Below, piece by piece: positions 46,761 through 55,576 of a stretch of DNA of 64,000 nucleotides. Origin of the DNA: Phycisphaerae bacterium (GTDB lineage: Bacteria; Planctomycetota; Phycisphaerae; UBA1845; Fen-1342); the NCBI GenBank assembly GCA_050115495.1, contig JASFQK010000010.1:64001-128000 (forward strand). The letters run 5' to 3'. Made by a program: the position numbers and the translations under genes. The notes beneath the pieces are model-generated. The model made no database searches. It was not told the DNA's origin and was given only the letters and a program-made list of their open reading frames with translations. Every line of letters starts with the position of its first letter. Position 1 is the stretch's first letter.

Positions 46761-48632
46761 ATGAGCAAGGAGCCGACGAGCACGGCGGGGCGAACGCAGT
46801 GGTACGTGCTCGCGCTCGTGTTCCTCGTGGCGCTGGTGATGCGCGGGGCGGATTTCTGGGGGCAGATGCACGACAACCCGTTCTTCGGCGCGCCCATGAT
46901 GGACGAGCGCATGCACCACATGTGGGCGGAGCAGATCGCCAGCGGCGAGGGGATGGGCCCGAAGCCGTTCTTCCGGGCGCCGCTGTACTACTGCCTGCTG
47001 GCCGGGCTGTATGCGCTGGCGGGGCCGAACATCGCACTGGCGCGGGCGTTGGGCTACCTGATGGGGGCGCTGACGTGCGTGCTGGTGACGCGACTGGGGA
47101 CGATTCTGGTACGGCCGGCGGTCGGCCTGATCGCGGGGTTGCTGGCGGCGCTCTACTGGCCGCAGATCTATTTCGACGGACAGCTACTGACGGTCGGACT
47201 GGAGGTCTTTCTCGGCACGGCGCTGCTGCTCGTGCTGATCGAGGCGGTGCGGCGGGGATCGCTGGGATTGTGCGGACTGGCGGGGATCGTGTGGGGACTG
47301 GCGGCGATCACGCGCCCGAACTTCCTGGTGGCGGCGCCGGTGATCGCGATCTGGCTCTGGGTCGGGGCACCGCTGGCCCGCCGGCGGATGCACAAGCTGG
47401 CGGCGTTGGGGCTGATCGGGCTCGGCGCGGTCGTGACGATTCTGCCGGTGACGCTGTACAACCGGATTGTCGGCGGAGAGTGGGTGCTCATCGCGACAAA
47501 CGGCGGGGTGAACTTCTACATCGGGAACAACCCGTGGGCGGACGGTGAGGCGGCAGTGGTTCCCGGGACACGCCGGGACTGGGTCGGCGGGTTTGAGGAC
47601 ACGCACACAATTCCCGAGCACGAGCTGGGCCGCAAGCTCACCGAGGGGGAGGTGTCCGACTACTGGATGCGGAAAGGGCTGGCGTGGATCCGTGAAGATC
47701 CGGGACGATGGGCGGCGCTGACGCTGCACAAGCTGCGGCTGTTCTGGAGCCCGGTGGAGATTCCGAACAACCAACCGGCGTGGTTCTTCGCGCGGCTGTC
47801 GCTGGCGTCCGGGCTGTATTGGATCGGGTTCCCGGTGGTGGCGTGCCTGGGGTTGGCGGGGCTCGTGGTTATCGGGCGATCAGCGCGGATGTGGTTTGTG
47901 CCGCTGGCGTTCGCGGGCGTGTACATGGCGAGCGTTGTGGCGTTCTTCTGCGCGGATCGGTATCGATTGCCAATCGTGCCGGTCTTGATGCTGCCGGCGG
48001 CGGCGGGATTGGGGCGGCTGCCGGAGTTGTGGCGACAGCGGAGATTCGCGCGGCTTGGCGGCTATGGTGCTGTGCTGGCGGCGGCTGCGCTGTTTCTCTA
48101 CACGAATCCGCCGCCACGGGATGCGTTTAACGAGGCTACGGAGGGGAGCGCGCACTACGACCTGGGTCTGCACTACATCCGGCTGGCGCCGCAACAGCCG
48201 GAGTACCTGCCGCTGGCGGTGGCTCACTTCGAGGAGGCGGTGCGGCTGCGGCCGTATCACGGGATCGCCCGGCTATGGCTGGGGCTGGGCCTGCTCGATC
48301 TGGAGCGTGAGGATGAGGCGGAGGAGCAGTTCGCCGCCGCCCTGGAAATGGGTCACGATGATCCGGGCATCTACACGTTCTACGGACATATCTTGCGCTC
48401 GCGCGGGCGGCTGGCGGAGGCGGCGGAGCAATACCGGGCCGCGATCCAGGAGCAGCCGGCGATGGTGGATGCGTACATGGATCTTGGCGAGGTGCTCGTC
48501 GAGCTGGGTGACAAGGACGAGGCGGCCAAGTGTTATCAACACGTGTTGTCGCTGGACGCCGGCCATGAGGAAGCGGCTCGGCGGCTCGCGGAACTGGAGT
48601 TGGGCGAGCAGACGCCGACGTCAGCGCCCTGA
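46761..48632 (+). CDS. GT39-like membrane glycosyltransferase with C-terminal TPR repeats
   Basis: DERMHH.WA, FFRAPLY, RPN, NGGVNFYIGNNP, RYRLP, then about four TPR repeats. Confidence 0.88.
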   Translation: MSKEPTSTAGRTQWYVLALVFLVALVMRGADFWGQMHDNPFFGAPMMDERMHHMWAEQIASGEGMGPKPFFRAPLYYCLLAGLYALAGPNIALARALGYLMGALTCVLVTRLGTILVRPAVGLIAGLLAALYWPQIYFDGQLLTVGLEVFLGTALLLVLIEAVRRGSLGLCGLAGIVWGLAAITRPNFLVAAPVIAIWLWVGAPLARRRMHKLAALGLIGLGAVVTILPVTLYNRIVGGEWVLIATNGGVNFYIGNNPWADGEAAVVPGTRRDWVGGFEDTHTIPEHELGRKLTEGEVSDYWMRKGLAWIREDPGRWAALTLHKLRLFWSPVEIPNNQPAWFFARLSLASGLYWIGFPVVACLGLAGLVVIGRSARMWFVPLAFAGVYMASVVAFFCADRYRLPIVPVLMLPAAAGLGRLPELWRQRRFARLGGYGAVLAAAALFLYTNPPPRDAFNEATEGSAHYDLGLHYIRLAPQQPEYLPLAVAHFEEAVRLRPYHGIARLWLGLGLLDLEREDEAEEQFAAALEMGHDDPGIYTFYGHILRSRGRLAEAAEQYRAAIQEQPAMVDAYMDLGEVLVELGDKDEAAKCYQHVLSLDAGHEEAARRLAELELGEQTPTSAP

Positions 48633-48959
48633 CGTATCGTCGGGGGGCGGGGGAGGCTCGACGGTAGGTGGACGCTCGCTACGTCGACGGGCGAATCCCT
48701 CGCGGACTTCGTGCTCGGTCAGGCCGAGCCGGTTGAGCGGTACGGTGAAGCCGCGCAGGGCGCCACACTCGGGGCAACGGGGGATGTCGAGGCCTTCGAG
48801 GCTGTAACCGCACTTGGCGCAGCGGGCGCTGTTCTCGCGCTGGCGTCTGGCCCGAGCGGTCAACCTCCGTGCGAGACGCACGAGCACCAGGCTGGCCAAT
48901 CCCACCATTACGGGGATCAGCGCCAGGAGCAGAATCAGGAGTGTCTTGCTCCGCCACAT
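48621..48959 (-). CDS. Small membrane protein with CxxCGY..CPECG zinc ribbon
   Basis: N-terminal TM helix; CAKCGYSLEGLDIPRCPECG. Confidence 0.8.
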   Translation of the reverse strand: MWRSKTLLILLLALIPVMVGLASLVLVRLARRLTARARRQRENSARCAKCGYSLEGLDIPRCPECGALRGFTVPLNRLGLTEHEVREGFARRRSERPPTVEPPPPPDDTSGR

Positions 48960-49009
48960 GGCCGGTGTTTCCTGTCAGACGGCCGCGTGCCGCCGCGGTG
49001 GCGGCAGGC

Positions 49010-49456
49010 TCAGTGGCCGGTGTGGCCGAAGCCGCCGGCGCCGCGTTGGCTTTCGGCGAGTTCGGTCACTTCGGTGACGTCGACGTGTTCGACGCGGTTG
49101 ATGACGAGTTGGGCGAAGCGCATGCCGCGGGTGACGGTGTAGGGCTCGCGGGCGCAGTTGCCGAGGACGACCTGGAGCTCGCCGCGATAGTCGGCGTCGA
49201 TCGTTCCGGGGGCGTTGGGCAGCATCAGGCCGTGACGCAGGGCGAGGCCGCTACGGGCCCGGACCTGGCCCTCGCAGCCGGGGGGAATCTCGAGAAAGAG
49301 GCCCGTGGGAACGAGCTTGATCTCGCCGGGGGCGATGGTGATGGGTTCGTCGTTGGCGGCGTAGAGGTCGAGGCCGGCGGAGTGCTCGGTCATGTATTGC
49401 GGCAGGGGCAGGTCTTCCAGCCCGGGCCGGCGGCGGATCTTGAGTACCGGTCGCAT
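49010..49456 (-). CDS. dut: dUTP diphosphatase
   Basis: AGLDL, RSGLA, GTIDADYRGE, RFAQL, RGAGGFGHTG. Confidence 0.97.
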   Translation of the reverse strand: MRPVLKIRRRPGLEDLPLPQYMTEHSAGLDLYAANDEPITIAPGEIKLVPTGLFLEIPPGCEGQVRARSGLALRHGLMLPNAPGTIDADYRGELQVVLGNCAREPYTVTRGMRFAQLVINRVEHVDVTEVTELAESQRGAGGFGHTGH

Positions 49457-49651
49457 CTTTGCTCCTGCGTGGATCGTCGGGTTCCCAGGGGCCGAGTATA
49501 GCGGCGGGGCGAAGTGGCTGCACGGCGGGGAATAGTGGGCGGGGCGGGGCGGTTAGAGAGAACAGGAAGCGGTTTCCAAACGGGTGCGGTTCACCCCCAG
49601 TACTGATTACGACGCGCTTTGTCAGAGTTTACCCAGAAGGGAGAAGTGTCG

Positions 49652-50239
49652 ATGGAAAACCTGGTGACCAAGCCGGCGCCGGACTTCGCAGCCCAGGCGG
49701 TCATGCCGGACAACACGTTTCGCGAGCTGAAGCTGTCGGACTATCGCGGCAAGTACGTGATCCTGTTCTTCTACCCGCTCGATTTCACGTTCGTCTGCCC
49801 GTCCGAGATTATCGCCTTTGACAAGGAGCTTACGCAGTTCACGGAGCGGAACACCGTGGTCATCGGCGTGTCGGTCGATTCGCACTTCTCGCACTTCGCG
49901 TGGAAGAATACGCCGCGGAACAAGGGCGGTATCGGCAACGTGCAGTTCCCGCTGGTGGCCGACATCACCAAGCGGATCTCGACGGATTACGGCGTGCTGC
50001 TCGACAGCGGCGTGGCACTGCGCGGGCTGTTCCTGATCGACAAGGAAGGCGTGGTGCGGCACTGCATCGTCAACGACCTGCCGTTGGGGCGGAACGTCGA
50101 CGAGGCCCTGCGCACCGTAGAGGCCCTGCACCACTTCGAGAAGCACGGCGAGGTCTGCCCGGCGAACTGGCGCGAGGGCGATGAGGCGATGAAGCCTACG
50201 GCCGAGGGTGTCGCGACGTATCTCGGCAAGCACGGGTAG
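49652..50239 (+). CDS. 2-Cys peroxiredoxin (AhpC/Prx1)
   Basis: FYPLDFTFVCPSE, GRNVDE, GEVCPANW. Confidence 0.96.
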   Translation: MENLVTKPAPDFAAQAVMPDNTFRELKLSDYRGKYVILFFYPLDFTFVCPSEIIAFDKELTQFTERNTVVIGVSVDSHFSHFAWKNTPRNKGGIGNVQFPLVADITKRISTDYGVLLDSGVALRGLFLIDKEGVVRHCIVNDLPLGRNVDEALRTVEALHHFEKHGEVCPANWREGDEAMKPTAEGVATYLGKHG

Positions 50240-50290
50240 TGCGGGCGGCGGCCGGCGCGAGTAGAATAGAGCTGAACGGGAGTGTGCGGT

Positions 50291-50470
50291 ATGCCTCTGT
50301 TTGAGTACGAATGTCGGCATTGCGGGCATGTGCACGAGGTGCTGGCCCGCGCCGGGGCCGCGCCGCCGAAGAAGTGCCCGAAGTGCGGTGAGCCGCAGCT
50401 TGAGCGGCGGTTCTCGGTGTTCGCGACCGGCGGTGGTGAGAAGAAGCGGTCGTGTGCGCCGCGAGGCTGA
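50291..50470 (+). CDS. FmdB-family zinc ribbon protein
   Basis: MPLFEYECRHCG...CPKCG..LERRFS.F. Confidence 0.88.
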   Translation: MPLFEYECRHCGHVHEVLARAGAAPPKKCPKCGEPQLERRFSVFATGGGEKKRSCAPRG

Positions 50471-50552
50471 GGGATCAAGCGTTAGGCCCTCGGTGAGGGT
50501 CAGCGGCGGAGAAGGGGGGCAGCTTAGGTTGTGCGGTTCCTGACGTGCGGTC

Positions 50553-50633
50553 GGAAAAGGGGACAGGCACCGAGCCTTGTGCAGCAGCGGAAACGCCGCG
50601 GTTGTTGTGGGCTCGGAGCCAGTCCCCTTTTCC
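50553..50633. repeat. REP-like palindrome, family A, copy 2
   Basis: GGAAAAGGGGACAGGCACCGAGCC...GGCTCGGAGCCAGTCCCCTTTTCC, between convergent genes. Confidence 0.8.
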
Positions 50634-50654
50634 TTGGGTCGCGCCGAGCCCGCC

Positions 50655-51572
50655 TTACGATGCGGTGGTGGGGGCTTCGAGGAACGAGTTGAGATCGGTC
50701 TCGTTGATCGCCGGCTCGCCGGGGCTGACGTTGTTCAGGCGGCCGTCGAGCATCCATTGTTCGAGCGTGTCGATCTGCTCGAACAGGTGGTCGAACGAAT
50801 CGACGATGAACAGCAGCGGCTGGTAGTGGTCGATCTCAAAGTACTGGTTGATGACCCATTCGAGACGCAGGGGGTAGCGCTGCACGTCGGGGGATTCGAG
50901 GCAATGGGCGAGCTCACCGTAGGAGCTGAGCAGGCCGCTGCCGTAGGCCCGCAGGTCGGTTCCGTCGCGCATCAGGCCGAACTCGACCGTGAACCAGAAG
51001 AAGCGGGCCATGGCCTTGATGATGCTCTCCAGTCGGTGGAGACGCTCCTGGCGGTCGGGGATGTCGCGAACGAGCGTTGCGGCCCGGCGGGCGACCTCGC
51101 CGAACCGGACGAGGACATCGGCGAACTTGCGGTCGGTGTGCATGGGTACGTGGCCGGCGACGTCGTGGAAGATGTCAGGCTCGGGGAGGTAGTCGAGGCT
51201 ATCGAGGCTGCGGACGGTGATCGTCGTGGGGAAGCTGCGCTGGCGCAGGCAGTCGAAGAAGAGGTACGCGGGGACGTAGCCACTGACGGCCTTGGCCGCG
51301 AAGCCGCTGAGCGGTTCCAGAAAACGGTTGATATCCGCCAGCCGCGGGACGCGCTGTGAGTCGAGGGCGAGCTGTTCGACGCCCTGAAGAAACCGGCGGT
51401 TGGCGTACTGCCGCCAGCGGGGGACCATGCGGGCGTAGAGGCGGCGCCAGGCTTCGTGGTTCTCGTCGGTGTACAGGTCGTAGGGTTGCTCGATGTAGAG
51501 CTCCCCGGCGGCCTGGGCCTGTTCGATGAACGGGGCCCGGGTCGTGGTCAGACCGGCGGTGGGCACAGACAT
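50655..51572 (-). CDS. phhA: Phenylalanine 4-monooxygenase (pterin-dependent aromatic amino acid hydroxylase)
   Basis: YLPEPDIFHDVAGHVP, WFTVEFGL, YGSGLLSSYGE, YQP. Confidence 0.88.
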   Translation of the reverse strand: MSVPTAGLTTTRAPFIEQAQAAGELYIEQPYDLYTDENHEAWRRLYARMVPRWRQYANRRFLQGVEQLALDSQRVPRLADINRFLEPLSGFAAKAVSGYVPAYLFFDCLRQRSFPTTITVRSLDSLDYLPEPDIFHDVAGHVPMHTDRKFADVLVRFGEVARRAATLVRDIPDRQERLHRLESIIKAMARFFWFTVEFGLMRDGTDLRAYGSGLLSSYGELAHCLESPDVQRYPLRLEWVINQYFEIDHYQPLLFIVDSFDHLFEQIDTLEQWMLDGRLNNVSPGEPAINETDLNSFLEAPTTAS

Positions 51573-51633
51573 GGGGGTCCTCCAATCGGCCCACCGATTG
51601 TAGCGCGCGTCTTCCTGGCTGGCCGGCGGGGAG

Positions 51634-52317
51634 CTACGGGCCGGGGTTGACCGAGAGCGTGGCGGCGTATTGGACGCGGACGGTGCCCTCGCGGAAGCCC
51701 TCGAGGTCGCGCTCGTTGGTGCGCGTGAGGGTAATGAGCAGCGGGGCGCCCTGGCGGAAGTTGGTCAGGTCGGAGAGTGTGAAGGTGTGAGTCCCCGTGT
51801 CCGTCGCGGGGTCGAGCGAGGCCGTGATCACCTGGCCGAAGAGCGTCTGCGTCACCGTTATCTGGGCGTCGAAGGCCGCGTTGGCGCCGGACCACGTGAG
51901 GGTGAAGCCGGAGAGGGAGACGGTGTCGCCGGCGACGGGGGCGGTGAAGGCGAACCCGCCGGCGGTGGAGACCGTCGTTTGGGCGACGCCGCGGGTGGGC
52001 TCGTAGACGGCGATGACGTACGCCGGCGAGGCGACGACCGTGGCCTCGTAGCCACCGGAGACGGGGCCGACCAGCTCTTCGTCGTTGACGCTGATGGACT
52101 GGCCGTCTTCGAGCACGATCGTCCGGCCGATGGCGGTGGTGATCTCGATGCGGGCGTCGGCGTTGTTGCTGCCGGCCAGCTCCTGGATCATGAGCGTGGC
52201 GTACAGGTCGTTGAGCGTGGGCGAGCCGTCGATGCCGTCGCCATCGAAGTCGATGGTGCAGGTGGCACCGGAGCAGAGCGTGGCGGCGAGGGCGAGCAGG
52301 GCGAGTTTCTTGAGCAT
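51634..52317 (-). CDS. Hypothetical secreted or lipoprotein, all-beta
   Basis: MLKKLALLALAATLCSGATC leader; Thr-rich beta-strand pattern. Confidence 0.75.
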   Translation of the reverse strand: MLKKLALLALAATLCSGATCTIDFDGDGIDGSPTLNDLYATLMIQELAGSNNADARIEITTAIGRTIVLEDGQSISVNDEELVGPVSGGYEATVVASPAYVIAVYEPTRGVAQTTVSTAGGFAFTAPVAGDTVSLSGFTLTWSGANAAFDAQITVTQTLFGQVITASLDPATDTGTHTFTLSDLTNFRQGAPLLITLTRTNERDLEGFREGTVRVQYAATLSVNPGP

Positions 52318-52364
52318 GGCGGTTGGCCTCAGTTGTGTCGGCACGTACGCAGGTCGTTCGGTGA

Positions 52365-52450
52365 TCGACGTCGGCCACGGGGGGCCGACGCTACCAGCGG
52401 GCACGTGGGTCTTTCGGCGATCGACGGCCGACACGGAGGTCGGCCGCTAC
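52365..52450 (-). repeat. Two tandem GTAG-type REP palindromes (family B)
   Basis: TCGACGTCGGCCACGGGGGGCCGACGCTAC (52365-52394) and TCGACGGCCGACACGGAGGTCGGCCGCTAC (52421-52450). Confidence 0.75.
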
Positions 52451-52473
52451 GGAGTCGTGGGCGTAAGAGCATG

Positions 52474-53355
52474 TTAGGGCTCGATCGTGAGCGTGAAGCT
52501 CTGGGCCGCCACCGAGGGCGGATTGTCCGCGTCGGTGACCTGGACGGTGATGGTGATCGTGCCGGCGGTGCGCGGCGTGCCGGCGATGATGCCCAGGGAC
52601 TGGTTCAATTCGAGGTTGCCGCCGACGTCACCGAGGTAGCCGGCCGTGATCGACCAAGTGTACGGGGGCTGGCCGTCGACGGCGACGAGGGTGGCGGCGT
52701 AGGGCTGGTTCACATGGCCCGTGGGCAGGGTGGTCGTCGTGACGCTGACGTTCCGCGGCTTGATGACGAGGAGCCTGGTCAGCGTGACCTGCTGCACTGG
52801 GTCGCCCGTATCGGTGACGATCACCTGGATGGGAAGGGCGAGATACGGCCAGGCGGGCGTGCCGGAGATCGTGCCGGTGGTGGCGTCGAAGGTGAGGCCG
52901 GCCGGCAAGCCCACGACGTTGTATGCATAGGGTGGGACGCCGCCGGTGGCGAGGGGCGTGATGGAGTAAGCCTCGCCGACGCGAGCGATGGCGGCGGTAA
53001 GGGTGACCTCAAGTTCGGGGAGGATCGTGAGGGTGTAATTGCGCTGGCCGGACGACGGGGGGAGGTCGGTGACGCGAGCGCCGACGTCAAAGTTGAAGGT
53101 TCCGGCTTCGGTCGGCGTGCCGGCGAGGGTGCCGCTGGAGGACGAGAGGCTCAGGCCGGCGGGCAAGCTGCCGGCGTCGACGCTCCAGCGTTCGGTGCCG
53201 CCGGCGCCGGTCGTGAGAACCTGCTCGTAGTATTGCCCGGCGGCGCCGGGGGGCAGCTCTTCGGGAGCGATTTCGAGCGGCGGGCCGCTACAGGCCGGCA
53301 AGCCGATGGCCAGCAAACCGGCGACACAGACTGCCAGGAGGCGTTGAGCAGACAC
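52474..53355 (-). CDS. Lipoprotein with three putative Ig (He_PIG) domains
   Basis: Lipobox LPAC; repeats GSLPAGLSL..SGTLAGTP, GLPAGLTFD..TGTISGTP, G.IAGTP. Confidence 0.9.
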   Translation of the reverse strand: MSAQRLLAVCVAGLLAIGLPACSGPPLEIAPEELPPGAAGQYYEQVLTTGAGGTERWSVDAGSLPAGLSLSSSSGTLAGTPTEAGTFNFDVGARVTDLPPSSGQRNYTLTILPELEVTLTAAIARVGEAYSITPLATGGVPPYAYNVVGLPAGLTFDATTGTISGTPAWPYLALPIQVIVTDTGDPVQQVTLTRLLVIKPRNVSVTTTTLPTGHVNQPYAATLVAVDGQPPYTWSITAGYLGDVGGNLELNQSLGIIAGTPRTAGTITITVQVTDADNPPSVAAQSFTLTIEP

Positions 53356-53486
53356 GGGTTCGTCTCCAGGATGGCATACAACGTATAGCGCACGTACCCC
53401 GCGATAGGGCAGGCGCCCTGTTCGGAGACATTATACGTAGGGAGGCGGTGTCCGCGGAGCTTGGTCGGAAGGCCGGGAGAGGGGTG

Positions 53487-54815
53487 TCAGGTGGGGATGA
53501 TGGGGCAGTTTCGGCAGGGGCCCAGCTTAGCCATGTCGCCGCCGACGACCTTGCGGCGAATTGCGCTGATCTCGGGCGAGTTCCAGACCTCCCGGATGGA
53601 GCGGTCCCGGACGTTGCCCAGGTTGAACTGACCGTTAATGTCGCCGTGGCAGAAGCCGTAATCGCCGTTGGCGAGCACCAGCAGGCGCTGACCCTGGCGA
53701 CAGTAGGCGTAGTGGGCGGGGCCGGCGTCGAACGGGACGGTGCGGATCTGACCGTCCGCCGTCATGTAAGCGTTGCCGGGGACCTTGGAGATGCCGTTGA
53801 GGAAGATGGTGTCGACGAGGGCGACCCAGCGCTTGCCGAAACGCTGGACCTCCGGAGCTTGCGGGTCGTCGCAGAGCTTGGAGATGTGCACGCGGGCTTC
53901 GGTGAAGCCGAGTTCACGCCGGACGTCGAGCAGATCGAGGATGTTACGCTCGATGACCTCGTACTTGGCACCGCGACGGATGCGCTCAAGGTCGCCTTCG
54001 AGGGCGTCCAGCGATATGTAAAACTCGCGGAGGCCGGCTTCCAGAAGTCGCCGGGAGCGGTCTCGGTCGAGCAGCATGCCGTTGGTCTGGATGGCGAAGC
54101 TGGAGGGGAGGGGTGAGCGGTCCCGGAGCGAGACGATGTAGCGGACCATCTCTTCGAGCTCGGCGTGCAGCAGCGGCTCACCCAGGAAAAAGAGCATAAT
54201 CCCCGAGCCGGGTTGGGTGCTGCACTCGTCGGCGATCTTGCGCAGATATTCGAGGGGGAGGTCGGTGAGGGGGCGGTGCATCTGGTTGCGCGTGCACATG
54301 ACGCAACGGAGGTTGCAGCGGTTGGTGACCTCGATCTGTACGCGGGGCGGGAATTCGGGTGGTCGCAAGAGCAAACCGGCCTGATCGAAGGCCTGATTTA
54401 CCCGGCAGCGGGCGGTGATGCGCGTCCAGGTGGGCGGCGTTAGCCAGCCGTGGGCCAGGCTGTACCAGAGGTTGTAGGCTTCCTCGGTCTGGCCGAGTTG
54501 GTGCAGAACCTCGCCGAGACGGAACAGGCACAGCTCGCGCACGTCGCGGCTGGATGTGTGGCGGGCGATGTCGCCGAGGGCCTGGGCCCCCTGCTGGAGT
54601 TTCCCGGCGGCAAGCTGCTCCAGGGCCCGGCGGTACTCGGGCAGGCGGTGGGCGGCAGCCTCGGCGTCGGTCGGGGTCTCGGGCTCGCCGGGTCGGCGAC
54701 AGAGCGACTGGATGTCGTCAACGAGTTGGACCAGATCGCGCGCGTGGTCGGTCGGCGGGGCGGCCGACGGGCCGCGTTGCAGGAGGGTCTCCGGTAAACA
54801 GGTGAAAGGCGCCAT
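53487..54815 (-). CDS. Radical SAM/SPASM-type protein with N-terminal TPR-like region (start uncertain)
   Basis: CNLRCVMC, GEPLL, TNG, ISLD; C-terminal C..C...LGNV...I.EVWNS...CRNC. Confidence 0.9.
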   Translation of the reverse strand: MAPFTCLPETLLQRGPSAAPPTDHARDLVQLVDDIQSLCRRPGEPETPTDAEAAAHRLPEYRRALEQLAAGKLQQGAQALGDIARHTSSRDVRELCLFRLGEVLHQLGQTEEAYNLWYSLAHGWLTPPTWTRITARCRVNQAFDQAGLLLRPPEFPPRVQIEVTNRCNLRCVMCTRNQMHRPLTDLPLEYLRKIADECSTQPGSGIMLFFLGEPLLHAELEEMVRYIVSLRDRSPLPSSFAIQTNGMLLDRDRSRRLLEAGLREFYISLDALEGDLERIRRGAKYEVIERNILDLLDVRRELGFTEARVHISKLCDDPQAPEVQRFGKRWVALVDTIFLNGISKVPGNAYMTADGQIRTVPFDAGPAHYAYCRQGQRLLVLANGDYGFCHGDINGQFNLGNVRDRSIREVWNSPEISAIRRKVVGGDMAKLGPCRNCPIIPT

Positions 54816-54950
54816 TATAGTGCCTTTATCGGGGACACGGCTCGTCCTGAACCGAACTTCGTGAGTGTCAGCGGAATATCGCCGCGATATGGGCAAAATC
54901 TGCGCGTTCGGGCTGTGAATTTCATTCAGGGGCGGGAGGCAGGGGGTGTC

Positions 54951-54979
54951 TTGACGTGGGCCACCGACGGGCGTAGAAC
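54951..54979 (+). promoter_or_regulatory. Putative sigma70 promoter of atpC (near-leaderless)
   Basis: TTGACG-N17-TAGAAC, ending 9 nt before the ATG; no Shine-Dalgarno sequence. Confidence 0.5.
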
Positions 54980-54988
54980 CTGTGCCGT

Positions 54989-55393
54989 ATGGCCACTACT
55001 GAACCCGTCCAATTCGTCGTAATCACGCCGGAGCGAAAAGTGCTGGAGCAGGCCGCGGAGGCGGTGGTGTTCACGGCGCACGATGGGGAAATGGGCGTGC
55101 TGACAGGGCGGTCACCGCTGATGTGCGAGCTGGGCATCGGCGAGCTGCGCTACCGGGCGGGCGGGCAGACACGAAAGCTGTACATCGAGCAGGGGTTCGC
55201 GCAGGTGCTGGACAACCACGTGACCGTGCTGACGCAGCGGGCCGTGGCTGCCGAGTCGATCGACAGCGAGATGCTGGCGGCGGCGCAGCGCGGTGTGGAC
55301 GAGCTGACGGGGAGCGACCCGGAGACGCTCGAAGCGCGTTTGCAGGCGCAGCGGAGACTGCGCGTGCTGCAGAGTCTGCACGATAATCACTGA
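54989..55393 (+). CDS. atpC: F0F1 ATP synthase epsilon subunit
   Basis: VITPE, GEMGVL...PL..ELGIGEL, GFAQV..N.VTVL, followed by a C-terminal helical hairpin. Confidence 0.88.
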   Translation: MATTEPVQFVVITPERKVLEQAAEAVVFTAHDGEMGVLTGRSPLMCELGIGELRYRAGGQTRKLYIEQGFAQVLDNHVTVLTQRAVAAESIDSEMLAAAQRGVDELTGSDPETLEARLQAQRRLRVLQSLHDNH

Positions 55394-55468
55394 TCCGTTT
55401 GCCTGGGGGATTCCTGAGGATGTTGATCGGGACGCGACAGGTGCGCGCGGCTGGAGCATGCGCAGATG

Positions 55469-55568
55469 CACTGCTCAAGAGCAGTGGCACACCGAGTGCG
55501 TGTTGAGGAGCGGCGGCGTTCGACGTCGGCCACGGGGGGCCGACGCTACGACCGTGGGTCGACCACGG
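55469..55568. repeat. Cluster of REP-like palindromes, including a family B copy
   Basis: CACTGCTCAAGAGCAGTGGCAC (from 55469); a 30-bp exact copy of 52365-52394 at 55520-55549; CCGTGG..CCACGG hairpin; between convergent genes. Confidence 0.7.
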
Positions 55569-55576
55569 GAGGGACG

